Origin: Okamejei kenojei | Taxonomy: Eukaryota | DNA length: 64,000 bases | Direction: 5' to 3' | Assembly (NCBI GenBank): GCA_035221665.1 | Contig: CM069154.1 | Span: 35,836,001-35,900,000, forward strand | In this document: positions 11,765-24,591 of the stretch, piece by piece | Position numbering within the stretch: the first letter of the stretch is position 1 | Layout: each line of letters opens with the position of its first letter | The notes under the pieces: model-generated | Database searches by the model: none | What the model was told of the DNA's origin: nothing | What the model saw: only the letters and a program-made list of their open reading frames with translations | Program-made: the position numbers and the translations under genes

Positions 11765-12050
11765 ACAGCTGGGATGAAACTGTCCCTGAATCTGGTGGTG
11801 TGCGTTTTCACACTTCTATACATTTTGGCTGATGGGAGGGGAGAGAAGAGGGAGTGACCAGGGTGCGACTCATCGTTGATTATGCTGCCGGCCTTGCCGA
11901 GGGTGCGTGAGGTGTCAATGGAAGGGAGGTTGGTTTGTGTGATGGTCTGGGCTGCGTCCACAATTCTCTGCAATTTCTTGCGGTCTTGGATGGAGCTGTT
12001 CCCACACCGTGCTGTGACGCATCCTGATAAAACACTGCATGGCACAGTAG
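11765..12050 (-). mobile_element. Rex1/Babar non-LTR C-terminal fragment
   Basis: DRKKLQRIVDAAQTIT...IINDESHPGHSLFSPLPSAKMYRSVKTHTTRFRDSFIPAV. Confidence 0.85.
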
Positions 12051-13286
12051 TTTAATGAAAAACTCATTCAAAACAGTGTCCCAATCTTCATCTGACATTC
12101 TTTCTGCTCTTTTGAAGCCAGTGCCACAGGCTGGGGTTGGGCTATGAGCGCTGACACTGAGCCCATACCCAGTCAGGTGAGAATTCTCTGTGAACCGAGG
12201 CAGCAAATGTCAGTGAGTCATACAATGACAGGACTACCACAACTAAACTTGACTATAAGAACCTATACACTTGAGCAGAGCTTGGACGTTTGGCCCTTTG
12301 ACCTCTGTGCTATTTCCCTGCACTCCATATCATTTGATTCCCTCAATGTACAGAAAATTAATTATTTTTGTTTTAAATGAACTCAATAACCAGAGCTCTG
12401 TGGTGCAGAGAAGTCCAATGATTTGCCACCCACAATGCAAATGAACCTTCTCAATCCCAAATGGCCTACCCCTTATTCGAAGAATGTGACCCCTGATTTT
12501 ACACTCGTCAACCAGGGCATAGGTGCATCCACTCTGAATCCTAACTGTCAATCCTTGTGAGGATTCTATCAGTTTTAATGAAATATCTCCTTCTAAACTC
12601 AAAAGAGCACAGTTCAAGTTTACTCACTCTCATATCATAGAGCAGGCTGTCACCCATGGAGAGACTAGTCTGAAGAAGGATCCCAACTCGAAACATCGCC
12701 CATCCTTTTTCTCCAGAGATGCTGCCTGACCCATTGAGTTCCTCCAGCACTTTGCGTCTATCTTTGTCATCCATGGAACCAGTGTAGCGTCATTTTTTGT
12801 GTCTTGTTGTTATCTTTTTATAGATAAGAAAACAAAAACTGTGCACAATCTTCAGAGAATTAGTAAAGATATAGATGTGTGTTTCTCTCTGCAAAAATTG
12901 CTTTATTTCCACTTCACAACTTCACAATAATTAATATTCAAATTCAAAGCCATTGAATCTTACCAAGCTAGGAGAGATCTGTGAATTCTATTCTACAACT
13001 CAATACAAGTCATTCACCAGATTTAGACCAAACCAAGTTTGCCCTAATTTCCTCCTTTTTAGTTAATTTCTATTTTTGAACAGTTCAATATGTCCAATCA
13101 AGAGGCAGCTCTGCAAAACATTTTGAGCACCTGTGACCTAAATTCAAGACATTGTGACCTAAATTGCACCAAGAATTTCAATATGTGTTTAACCCACAGG
13201 TGGGGAAATTCTCATATTCTGTTCATTCTTCATACTTCTGGGATGAGCAAGTAGAAGTGAATAAGTTGAATTGTGTTTGGCACAAG

Positions 13287-13532
13287 AAACATAGAAACAT
13301 AGAAATTAGGTGCAGGAGCAGGCCATTCGGCCCTTCGAGCCTGCACCGCCATTCAATATGATCATGGCTGATAATCCAACTCAGCATCCTGTACCTGCCT
13401 TCTCTCCATACCCCCTGATCCCTTCAGCCACAAGGGCCACATCCAACTCCCTTTTAAATATGGCCAACGAACTGGCCTCAACTACCTTCTGTGGCAGCTA
13501 ATTCCACAGATTCACCACTCTCTGTGTGAAAA
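13287..13532 (-). mobile_element. CR1 LINE 3' end fragment
   Basis: GAAACATAGAAACATAG tail and CR1 3' UTR closely similar to 1830-2064. Confidence 0.9.
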
Positions 13533-14307
13533 ATGGAAGCAAACCAGCATTTGTGCTGGACATTTGATGTCACAAAGCTGAAGTCGCATTCTTTGCATTT
13601 TAAACCCTTAAAATACTATGCTCTCTCGACTAGACATTATTGATTACCCGTACAATGCTATAGACTCTGACATTGCTTTGGCCAAGTTTAACTTGACCTT
13701 AGCCAACCGTGAGAGAAAGATTACAAATGCCAAACCATCACCATCAACCTGGTAGGACTGTGTCGGTGTCATCACATTGCGGTTATCATTTCCCTGGGTT
13801 TGCTGAATATTTCACCACTCATTCAGTGAAGAATAAACTTAACCAGAAATGGGAAACCCATCACCGTTATGTTGTGACAAACTAAGCCACGTAGAATAAC
13901 AAAATAAAAGGAAACTGGCATTCCCCTCTCATTACTTTGGATGTTCTGAAGCAAATGACTGTTAATGATGTTCACTTGAAATCTGTCGCTGGTTTGCTAT
14001 TTCTGCAAAGCAAGATCAATCTCTGTCAAGGTTGAGACTGGGTGATTTGATCTGCATTATCAATGATGCCGTTTATTAATTACCACAACTTGCTACAGGG
14101 TCAAGGAAATGAATACATCTGTGTTTCTATGTTTCTATCTGGTGCTTTCACTTTGATTGCTGTTAACCAACCCTAATAGAGCCATGTATGACTTGAGGGC
14201 ACTGGTTGAGGAAAGGTTCAGGGTTCAGTTCTGGTGCCTCACATCACTTAGTTTAGTTTAACCTTGACATTCCTTTTTGAGCATTGGTGGCTGAGGGGTG
14301 ACCTTTT

Positions 14308-14608
14308 TGTTTAGATTAGAGATAGAGCACGGAAACAGGCCCTTCGGCCCACCGAGTCCACACTGACCAGCAATCTCCGCACATTAACGCAATCCTACAC
14401 GCACTAGGGACAATTTGCACTCATACCAAGCCAATTAACCTACACGCCTGCACGTCTTTGGAGTGTGGGAGGAAACTGAAGATCTCGGAGGAAAAAATGG
14501 ATTTATGATGTACATTCTCTGTCAACGCAATTCTTGCTTTTTGAACTCGGAGGAAACCCATGCGGTCACGGGGAGAACGTACAAACTCCGTACTGACAGC
14601 ACCTGTAG
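14308..14608 (-). mobile_element. V-domain tRNA-derived SINE (HE1-like)
   Basis: Reverse complement of the GGAGTTTGTACGTTCTCCCCGTGACC V-domain and GGGCCGAAGGGCCTGTTTCC tail. Confidence 0.8.
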
Positions 14609-15679
14609 TCCCCCAGTAATCTTGTTCTCTAGCTAAAGGGCAAACACAGAACTGTACTTCAGCCCGCATTAACGTCCTCAAGAGCAGAAAAGAAAAAGCA
14701 AGAATGGCCATGACAGAGAATGTACAATTTAAAATTCTGGGTCACAGCCCTGCTGGTGCCCTGTGCAGACTGCTCCATGGGTTTAGCGATTCATAATGCA
14801 GAATGCTGGCAGCCAAAGTCTTGTTCAAAAGCACATATCATTGGCAACCTTCGACCTATGGTGCAGGGGAATTATTTTATTGCACTGGGAAAGTATAAAG
14901 TCACAAAGCACACAAACAATATTTGCTAATTTGCGTGGAATCTAATTGCAATTACTGTACGTGCTCCAGTATGGTAAAGCGGACATTGTTCAAGGCATAT
15001 GCAGAAAGGATACATAAAGGAATACTTGTAACAATATTTCAGATGCTCAATTGTAGGTTTATTTCAGAGATTTCTTTTGGAAGTTCTCCAATAAATTACA
15101 ATTAATTTACTGGATAATAGACAATACCATTTCTAATTTCAAATGGCTATCAATCGGCAGAACACATAAGAATAGCTGAGTGATGGATGTGATGGGATTG
15201 TTGGATCACTGTTCCTTGTGCTATGTGCTCCATCCAGACTGGCATCATGACGTGGGCTGTTTCCTTGCACCTTAGTTTAGTGTTTAGTTTAGTTTAGCGA
15301 TACCTATGGCCACATTACCAACAAGATCAGGTGAGGTTGATAGTCCTTCTAAAAGGCCAAATGTGTATTTGAGGCTTGAAATATCTCTATAAAATAAACA
15401 CTGTGCAAAACTACAGTTTACTATTCAATATTGTTGGAGAACTCTTGTTGCTTGCTTGTGAATGTGAATGTGAATGTGAATGGGATCGATAATTGGCATG
15501 GATTGGATGGGCCAAAGGGCCTGTTTCCATGCTGTATCTTTAATTATTCAACCAATCAATTTCCAAACATTTGTTTGACTTTATTTAGTTTACCTAAGTA
15601 ACGTGTAAGTATGAATGTCAAAATTGGCACTGACTCTTCATTAATTTATCTACTCATTGCTGGCGTTGCCAATGCTAAA

Positions 15680-16172
15680 GCAGGAACTGCAGGTGCTGGT
15701 TTACACCGAAGATAGACACAAAATGCTGGAGTAACTCAGCGGAACAGGCAGCATCTCTGGAGAGGGGGATTGGGTGACGTTTTAGGTCAAGACCCTTCTT
15801 CAGGCTGAGATTCAGTGGAGAGAGAGAGATACACAAAGATAAGGAGGGGGAAGGAGTGAAAGCGAGACATCAAAGGGGACAACGCACAAGGAAAATGTGG
15901 AATAGATCACTGTTAGCTAGGAGAAGGTAACAACGAATCATACACAGATAACATTTAATCAAAGGGACGGTCAGACTGGTTGGAGAGTTAGTAAGGGGGA
16001 GGGATGGAGAGAGAGGGAAAGCAAGCGTTACTTAAAGTTAGAGAAGTCAATATTCATACCACTGGGGTGTAAGCTGCCCAAGCCAAATATTTAGACCTGA
16101 TACATCACCCATTCCTTCTATCCAGAGATGTTGCCTCTTCCGCTGCGTTACTCCAGCACATTGTGTCTATCG
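15680..16172 (-). mobile_element. Penelope-like 3' fragment with a short inverted pLTR
   Basis: pLTR block on - at 15680-15810, EN tail (LGSLHPSGMNIDFSNFK) ~16030-16090, partial + copy 16100-16172. Confidence 0.75.
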
Positions 16173-16360
16173 TCTTTGTTGATGCTACTCTTGATCGGAA
16201 CCATCAAAATTCAGTGGGTGAATCTGAAGTCAAGCTGGATGTCCACAGGCAAGCCATGATGGAGTAAGTACAGTGCTTAGTGACAGATTCAGAAGGCTGA
16301 GACTGTTGGTTTACTTTGCCATTAGTCTCCAAGTCTTGCTGCTAAAATGTCTCTCGCATC

Positions 16361-16810
16361 TAGTGTTGGTGACTGTCCCGTATTAGCCGGGACATCCCGT
16401 ATATTGGGCTAAATTGGTTGTCCCATACGGGACCGCCCTTGTCCCGTATTTGACTGCTACTACGCGAGTCGAGGGGACTGTCGGGTCGGAGCGCTGCGTC
16501 CGGCCCCGCCTCACCCGCCCCGACGTAGTGCAGCCCATGGAGTGCAGCAGCAGGGCCTCACCCGTGGCCCCATCGGTCGGCAGCCTGGCCAGCTGTCCGA
16601 CCTTCGCTTACCGCCGACACCACCACCCCTCTTTCTCACGGCCGATCACCGGTTCATGAGTTCGATAGGGTGCCGGACTTTGCTGGGCTTTGTGTGCAGT
16701 CCAGCACCCGGGCCAACTCATCATTAACCCAGCCACGGCCGAGTCGGTCAACGAATTGCCGTCGGGATTAGGCCCTGATTTTGACCTTTTGTCCCTTATT
16801 TGGGAGTGAC
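16361..16810. mobile_element. GC-rich non-autonomous DNA transposon relic (hAT-Tip100-like left end)
   Basis: Starts TAGTGTTGGTGACTGTCCCG with repeated GTCCC subterminal motifs at both ends; right TIR not found. Confidence 0.45.
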
Positions 16811-17004
16811 TCACATCCCTGTGATTAGTTTGACCTGGTGAGAGCCCAATAGGAATTTTACACCAACAATTTCAGAGGCAAAGGGAAGGATAAATCAATT
16901 TTAAAAATACTGGATTATTTATAACTAAAAATACTAAATTATTTATGTGTTTCAGTTATCTTTGATAAATTATTTATTTAAAAAGTAATAATATGGTAAT
17001 GGGA

Positions 17005-17500
17005 AGGGATTTACGGAGGGAGCGGTCTCTGCAGAAGGCAGCGGGGGTGGGGATGCGAAGATGAGACTGGTGAAGATGGGATCACGTTGAAGGTGGCAGA
17101 AGTGTCAGATGTACTGGATGTGGAGACTAATGGGGTGATAGATAAGGAAAATGGGAACTATCCTTGTTCCATCTTAGAGAGAGAGAATAAGAGCAGAACT
17201 ATGGGACTCCGAGGAGAAACAGGTGTGGGATCCATTCATGACAACAGAGGGGGAACCACGTTTACTAAAGTGAAAAGACATCTTGGATGTCCTAGAATGG
17301 AATGTCTCATCTTGGGAGCAGATGCAGTGGAGACAGAGAAATTGAACATCGGGGCTGGCTTTTTTGCAAGAGAGAGTGGAAGGAAATGTTGTCCAGGTAA
17401 CTGTGGAAGTTGATGGAATTGCAGTAGATGTCAGTTAATAGTCTGGCCTCCATGATGGAGACAGAGTAATCAAGAAAGGGGGAGAGGTGTCAGAAATGCA
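17005..17500 (-). mobile_element. Degraded Penelope-like ORF fragment
   Basis: Similar to the 5460-5600 relic; minus strand has a PLE RT C-terminal DYCNSINFHSYLD-like stretch. Confidence 0.55.
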
Positions 17501-18029
17501 CTTTTTGTTGTGTTTGTGATTTATGGCAGAATTGACTCAGCACATTAATCAGATACTTATTGCCTTGAATGATTAACTCTGTTTCTCTCCACAGAGGCAG
17601 TGACTTGCTGAAGATTTACTTCATTTCTGATTTTTAGTTGGATGTTTGGTATCTACAGTCATCTTTCGTTTTTTAGGTGGATGTGCGAGTTTCTCGTGGA
17701 GTCAATTCTCTTTGAATTTATTTGATATTTTAAGAGTGTTTGAACAAATATATAGGCCTTGGTTTCATGACCTTTTAGAAGGACAAGACCTCTAACAAAT
17801 CAGCTGTCCCTGGGTGGTGTATGGTCGAGAAAACATATATAATGTGATTCAACAAAGTGCACTGTGAACCCATATCTCAATGATGGGAGGGGCCACAGCA
17901 ATCCAAGTTCTCACTAGTAAAACAGTGCAGCACTGGGAGGTGTACAATGTCAGAGCAATACACGATGCCAGGTTAAGCTAATCCCCTCTGATTGCATGTG
18001 ATCCATATCCCTCCATATCCACGTGCCTT

Positions 18030-18315
18030 TCTAAAAGCCTCTTACGCCTTTGCAGTTGCAGCTCCCAGACTGTGGAACAGCATCCCCCTTCCCATCAGAA
18101 CTGCCCCCTCCTGCGACTCCTTTAAGTCGAGACTTAAAACTCATCTTTACTCTCAAGCCTTTCTTGACGTCCTCTGAGGGAGAGCTATGTGTATGTACTT
18201 AATCTATGAACCAATGTTGTATAACGTTAGTACCTCCACCATTGTAAAGCACTTTGGCCAACGGGAGAGTTGTTTTTTAAATGTGCTATGGAAATAAAAG
18301 TGACTTGACTTGACT
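18030..18315 (+). mobile_element. L2-clade LINE 3' end
   Basis: AFAVAAPRLWNSIPLPIRTAPSCDSFKSRLKTHLYSQAF; TGTAAAGCACTTTG...AATAAAA(TGACT)n tail. Confidence 0.85.
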
Positions 18316-18860
18316 TAAATGCCACTATCATATCTCCTCTACCACTACCCCTGGCAGCATATTGCAGGCACCCACCACTCTCTGTGTAAAAAAATATGTC
18401 CCTCACATCTCCTTGAAACTATCTACACATTTTATCATTTTACAAACTTCCATAAAGTCTTCCCTCAACCTCTGACACCCTAAAGAAAACAATCCAGGTT
18501 TGTCCAAATGCACACTGAAAAAAATCACCACCGATGAATAATTTATATTCTCTAAACCCGACAGATAATGTGATTTCCTAGCTAAAGAGAAATATCCCTG
18601 ACTAGGAACTTTTACTTTTATTTTATACTAATACTAATATTGCTTTTTTTAAATTTTTATTTAACTTTGTTTTGTTTATTGTGTTACCTGTGCATTAGGA
18701 CCTGTTATGTGGTTGGAACTAAGGATTTCATTGTTCCTTTTTTGGTACATGTGATAATGAAACACTCCAGGAATCATTCTGGTAAGCCTCTTCTGCGCCC
18801 ACTCCAAAGCCTCCACATCCTTTCTGTAATGGGCTGACCAGAACTGCGCACAATACTGCC

Positions 18861-19124
18861 ACACAGTGGCAGAGCGGTAGAGCTGCTGCCTCACACTAGT
18901 GACCTGGGTTCAATCCTGACTACGGGTACTGTCTGTACCGGGTTTGTACATTCTCCCTGTGACCATGTGGATTTCCCCCAGTGCTCCGGTTTCCTTCCAC
19001 ATTCTAAAGACGTGCATGTTTGTAGGTTCATTGGGTTCTGTAAATTGCTCCTAGTGTGTAGAGCATGGAATTAGTGTACTTTGGTGGACCAAAGGGCCCA
19101 TTCCCACACTGTATCTCTAAACTA
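18861..19124 (+). mobile_element. V-domain tRNA-derived SINE
   Basis: A box GTGGCAGAGCGG, B box GGTTCAATCC, V-domain, CTAAACTAA tail. Confidence 0.8.
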
Positions 19125-20539
19125 ATATATACTCCAAATGCAGCTTAACATCCTGCAGAACATTCTGAGGTTGTACGTCAGGAAATCACATTATCTGTCG
19201 GGTTTAGAGAATATACATTATTCATCAGTGGTGATTTTTTTCAGTGTGCATTGGAAACGCCACCCAACTTAACATCCCATTGCAATTAAAATTAAGCGAG
19301 AAGATGCCCCGACCAACAAATCACTAACTCTAGAGAAGGGTTTCGGCCCGAAACGTTGCCTATTTCCTTCGCTCCATAGATGCTGCTGCACCCGCTGAGT
19401 TTCTCCAGCACTTTTGTCTACCTTCGATTTTCCAGCATCTGCAGTTCCTTCTTAAACAAATCAGTAACTCTTGTTGATTGTATCTGGAGGAAGGAAATGC
19501 CCAAATTTGGATTTCGTGCATTGCAATTTAACTTTTTGAATCAAAAATACGTTTTCATTTATAGACACAAAAAGCTGGAGTAACTCAGCCGGACAGGCAG
19601 CATCTCTGGAGAGAAGGAATGGGTGACGTTTTGGGTCGAGTCCCTTCTTCAGGCTAGCTAGGGTTAAGGGATAAGGGAAACGAGAGATGGAGACGGTGAT
19701 GTGGAGAGATAAAGAACAATGAATGAAAGATATGCAAAAAAGTTACGATGATAAAAGGAAACGAACGGGCCTTTGTTAGCTGTTTGTTGGGTAAAAACAA
19801 GAAGCTGGTCCTTGGTGTAAACCAGCATCTGCAGTTTGTTGTTTCTACTTTCTAATAAATGTCTGATTAGCTTCTAAGTTGTCTTATAATTGGAAGTGCA
19901 GCCAGGGAGCTGGACCACAGTGTCATTACTTTAGTTATATAAGTGTTTTCCCCTCATCATTTATACACCAGTGAATGGAAACTAACTCTCGGTGTAGCTC
20001 TGGCTTGGTTTTTCCTTAAAAAAAATGAAAATACTGAACTCTGTGTTTTTGTAGATGTATTTAAAGGTTCTGAATCTCTGACAAAATGCTGCCTCTTGTA
20101 TTCCAAAGGTTTAACTATATGTATATTCACAGTTTTCTTTCAGCTTAACTCGTGATTTGGGACAAATAATAATAAGAATGAAGTTTGTGTTTTGGGTTTC
20201 AAGATTGCCCACATGTCCACCACGTGCAGTGGCTGTATCGGTGTTGACATTCCAAGCCAGTGGTCATGGACTTGAGAAGCAGTGCTCCCATTGTTCTGTT
20301 CGTGTTATTGGGGTAGACGCACTTACAATGAATCCTGCATAAGATTTAAGATTGTGCAATAATAATTTTCAATGTATGTATTAGTGTCCACAGTTCTCTG
20401 CTGCACCAGTCCAGTGTATGGTGACTGATACAGTTTGTTCTGAGTACTTTGGTAAATGTTGAATAACTCGGAGATTTCCTCCTTACTCATTTTTCTCTCA
20501 CTATTTTGGTTTTTAGCCAATATTCTTTGCCTCTGACAG

Positions 20540-20950
20540 ACAGCCACGTTACCTATGACCGTATCGGGAGCCACATTGCGGGTCTCTGGTGGGAGAATGC
20601 TTTTCGGGTAGTTGTGTACTCCCGCCTGCCTAAAGGCGGCAACTTCTCCCCTTGCCCGACTTCTCCATTGCGGGTTTGAAAACGACCTGGAGCGGAGCCT
20701 TACATCGCCCGGCGCGGCTTTAACGGCCGCGGGACTTGCCATCACCCGCCAGGAGAAGAATGGAAAACGGGATAGTCAATGACTTTGCCTTCCATCACAG
20801 TGAAGAGATTCGCTGTGATGGATGTTTGTGTAAATTATTTTAATTGTGTGTATTGGTTTTTTTTTCTTGTTGTATGACTGGAGAAACCAAATTAAACTTA
20901 ATTTGAGGTTGAAATGACAATAAAAGGTCATTGTATTGTATTGTATTGTA
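20540..20950 (+). mobile_element. Unclassified CpG-rich retroposon-like insertion with a 3' hairpin and (ATTGT)n tail
   Basis: CpG-rich body; 14-bp stem with GAGA loop at 20791-20822; AATGACAATAAAAGGTC then ATTGT repeats. Confidence 0.5.
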
Positions 20951-21889
20951 GTGTGTTCCTGTCGTGACTGTGGGATAATAACAATTACAATTGACTCGGA
21001 GCACAAGGTCTGTGGTAGATTGAATCTGGAATTTGTCGTGAACTGACTAAAGAAGGGTTCTGACCTGAAGAGTCGTCTAAGCATTCTCTCCACAGATGCT
21101 GCCTGACCCACTGAAATCATCCAGCACTTTGAGTTTTGCTCAAGAATCCAGCATCTGCTGTTTCCTGTGTTTGTCACAAACTGTGGTTCCGCTTGCATTG
21201 TATGTGATGCATCACACGATGGTGGTGTTTCCATGCAGTGTATCCAATTCTGTGACTGATTTGCTGTTGCACTGAGTGAATGGGCAACATTTTGCTTCAT
21301 TTCGGCTTTGATTTGAACCTACTCTAATCAACCTGAGCAAGCTCCTGTCTAATACCATCAGAGTATGTATGCCTTGCCCCAATTCAGAATGTTAACTTGT
21401 GTGCCCACCCTGCCTTTATGCATAACTATTTTAATGCTGATAAACAGTGGTTACTGGTCCCAACAAACTCGCCCACCGACACTTTAGACACGTGTCTTTC
21501 CCAATGTCAGGAGAGGAGATCGAGCTTTACCCTCCCCTTTGTAGGGCCCTCTACATATTGCCTGAGGAAACCTCCCTGAACACATTTGACAAATTCCACC
21601 CCGTCTAAGCACTTCGCACTATGACATTCCCAGTCTATATTGGGAACGTTAAAATCCCCTACAATGACAACCTTATTAGTCGTGCAGCTGCCTGCAATCC
21701 CCTGGCATATTAGTTCTTATAATTTCTGTTTACTGTTTGGGGGGGGTCTGTAGTACACTCCAACATGGTGACCATCTCCTTTTTATATTTCAGCCGCACC
21801 CATACAGCCTCATTGGACCAACCCTCAGTAATGTCATTTTGGACAACCGCCATGGCATTCTCCTTAGAGCAGCATCCCCCTCCCCAAAT

Positions 21890-22304
21890 AGACACAAAAT
21901 GCTAGGAAGTGCTGCTGGACACCGGTGCTAGGGTAACTCATCGGGACAGGCAGCATCTCTGGAGAGAAGGATGGGTGACATTTCGGGTCGAGACCCTTCT
22001 TCAGACCGAGAGTCAGGGGAGAGGGAAACGAGCTATGGAGGGTGAGGTGTGAAAACGACAGATCAAAGGGGACGAGGTTCGAGGAATATGTAGAATCTTT
22101 TCATCTTCATTCTCTTTGATATCTCGTTTTCACATCTTACCCTTCCATATGTCTTGTTTCCCTCTCCCGTGAATCTCAGTCTGAGGAAAGGTCTCGACAC
22201 GAAACGTCACCCATTCCCTCTATCCAATGCTGCCCGTCCCGCTGAGTTACTCCAGCATTTTGTGTCTTTCTTCGGTGTAAACCAGCATCTGCACTTCCTT
22301 CCTA
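21890..22304. mobile_element. Inverted pair of Penelope pLTR fragments
   Basis: - copy 21890-22100 and + copy 22110-22304, each with the hammerhead-like block. Confidence 0.75.
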
Positions 22305-22310
22305 CACCTC

Positions 22311-22424
22311 TTCTTCTTCTGCTTCTTCTTCCGTGTGGCCTGCACAGCCTAAAGTTGTTGGACAACTTGTTCTATTTGACCACGTGAAGGGGCGGACCAC
22401 GCGAAGGTTGCAATCTTCCACCCC
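22311..22424 (-). mobile_element. Second, internally rearranged copy of the HDV-ribozyme-headed retroposon
   Basis: Minus strand GGGGTGGAAGATTGCAACCTTCGCGTGGTCCGCCCC...CAAATAGAACAAGTTGTCCAACAACTTTAGGCTGTGCA...(GAA)n. Confidence 0.8.
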
Positions 22425-23759
22425 GCACCTCCTCTCTTCACCTCTCTTACCCCCAGGTCTATCTCTCCTGCAGCACCTGTACCCTGAAACATTAAGCTAC
22501 CAGTCCTGTCCCTTTCTGTGTCCATAACATCCGCACTGTCTGAGTCGCACGTACCTATCCATGAGTTCATCTGCTCTACCCACCAAGCTTCTTACATTAA
22601 AATAAATGCAATCAAATCTGACAGTCCTATCTTGCTCCATGCCATGCATGCTCCTGTCTATTCTGCCCACTGGCCTTTCTTTCATCACCTCCCAGCCTCT
22701 CACCTGCATTTAAATTCCCCCCCCCCCCCCCCCCCTTCCCTCCACCAATCTAGTTAAAATCCACCCCTGTAGCAATGAAAGGTTCCCAGCACTCTCAATG
22801 GTGTAGCGCTGTGGAAAGGAGATTTTCCTTAACGAGTTACATTGGGGAAATATTGTTGCATCAGTCGCTGCTCTTTCAGTAGATGATCAGTAGGAATCTC
22901 TATCCTTGTTACTTGCTTTACTGATAGTACGACAGTAAATCTTGCACTAGTGGTGAGTTTGGGATGTTGCTTTGAGGAATTAATAAGGTGATGACCTGAT
23001 TGATATATATCAGATTCTGAGAGGTATAAATAGGGTGGATAGTTAAAATATTTTTCTTATGGCTGGGCTACCTAAAACAAGAGGGCATAGGTTTAAAGTG
23101 AGTGGCTGCGGATTTAAAGGTGATCTTTGGGGTAAGGGTTTTTTTACACAGTGTTTGATATGCGGAACTCACGGCCAGAGCAGGTGGTGGAATCAGATAC
23201 AGTCAATATGTTTAAGAGGCATTTAGACAGACACTTAAATAGATAAATTATGGAAAGAGATGGTCCTAATGCAGACAAATAGGATTAGTGTGGATTGGCA
23301 CAGAAGCTTGGCATGGATGTGGGAGGTCAAATTGGCGTGCGATACTAAATGATCGAATGACACTAATATAGTAACCAAGTTCAAGGGGAAAAGAGATCAA
23401 GATGAAGCAGATGGGGATACGCCAGGAATGTTGGTGAGCTGGAAAAGACTCATGGAATTACTCCATTCCCTCTGCACTCGGGGCAGGTGGGATATTCCTG
23501 AGAGCAAAGGATATCATTCCCAGGGGACAGTGGACAAAGCAAAGCTGTCACATCCGAAATGAAAACACTGATGCTACTATTACTGTAACAGTAAAATCGA
23601 GACAAATTAAATGCTATCGAGTTTATAAGGGCCAGAACCAGTGATGGAGGTGCTTATGTGTTGTAGCATTACTTGATCTGGCACTTTCAGAGATGTTCAC
23701 AGTCACTTATGTGATATAGGTCGGCATAGGCAAGATGGGCTGAAATGCCTCTTTCTCTG

Positions 23760-24580
23760 CCACATCACTCTATTTGCAGCCAGGCGCCAAAACAAATGCT
23801 TAATGACAGTCTAACGACAATGGCTGGAAGCGGTAGCTTTCTGATCCTCGTAGACTGGGCATGTTTGGTTTGCAGGCCGGCAAGCAAAAGACTTGAAGCC
23901 AAGCTGCTTGGCATATTGGAGGGGATGAGCAGAATAGCCATGGCATGGAAACTTTTTTGAAGAATGTGAAAGCGTTTTGCTCTGGACACAAGCATGAGGT
24001 GCAGGCTGGGAGCAAGTCCGCAGTGTTGGCAATGGCAGCACAATCTTCTTTGCAGACACTTCCTAGAGGTGATACAAGTGATTTTGGTCTCCAGAGATGG
24101 GACGTCTGCAAGTCACATGGGTACAACAGTGGCAGACCTTGCTTTGGTCACTGCAGAAGCCATGCGGCCTGAACGCCCCTCTGTTTTAGTTATCACTGAG
24201 CAGGGCATATTGCACATGTGCACAAGTCCCACAAGAAGGTAACTGCAGAGGGTGGTCCCCACTTGACCGAGATACCGGCGAGAAAAGGTGAAGAAAAGGT
24301 ATGGATGGTCATCCATACCCTGAAGTTGGAAAGCAGTCCTGCAGTGGGAGTTTCAAGGAAGAATATACCATCTGAAGTAGAAAGTGTGGAAATGTTTCTT
24401 GAAATGCAGGGATTTGTAGTGATGACTGTGGCAGTGTTTGATTGCAAGTTGTGTATTACTTGTTGCAAGCTTGGACGGACTGATATTGATTCAGACATAT
24501 TGAAGCCAAGATGCAGAAAAAGAGGGTGAGATCCATGGTGGTAAGTGACAGCCAGTGCAAACCACTCAGAAAGAACAGCA
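23760..24580 (-). mobile_element. Old non-LTR retrotransposon RT/C-terminal relic, clade uncertain
   Basis: Frameshifted frames with weak non-LTR-like character; no intact motif. Confidence 0.3.
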
Positions 24581-24591
24581 AACAGTTCAGT

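Larger units (their letters stand above)
21560..22780 (-). mobile_element. CR1 ORF2 endonuclease-domain relic split by PLE and SINE insertions
   Basis: CIYFNVRSLVGRADEL (22497-22709) and EGWSNEAVWVRL (21710-21895) are APE-domain-like. Confidence 0.6.

Noticed and set aside
13630-13752. YNAIDSDIALAKF resembling a trypsin DIALLKL motif
   Set aside because: No His or Ser catalytic exons found; likely chance
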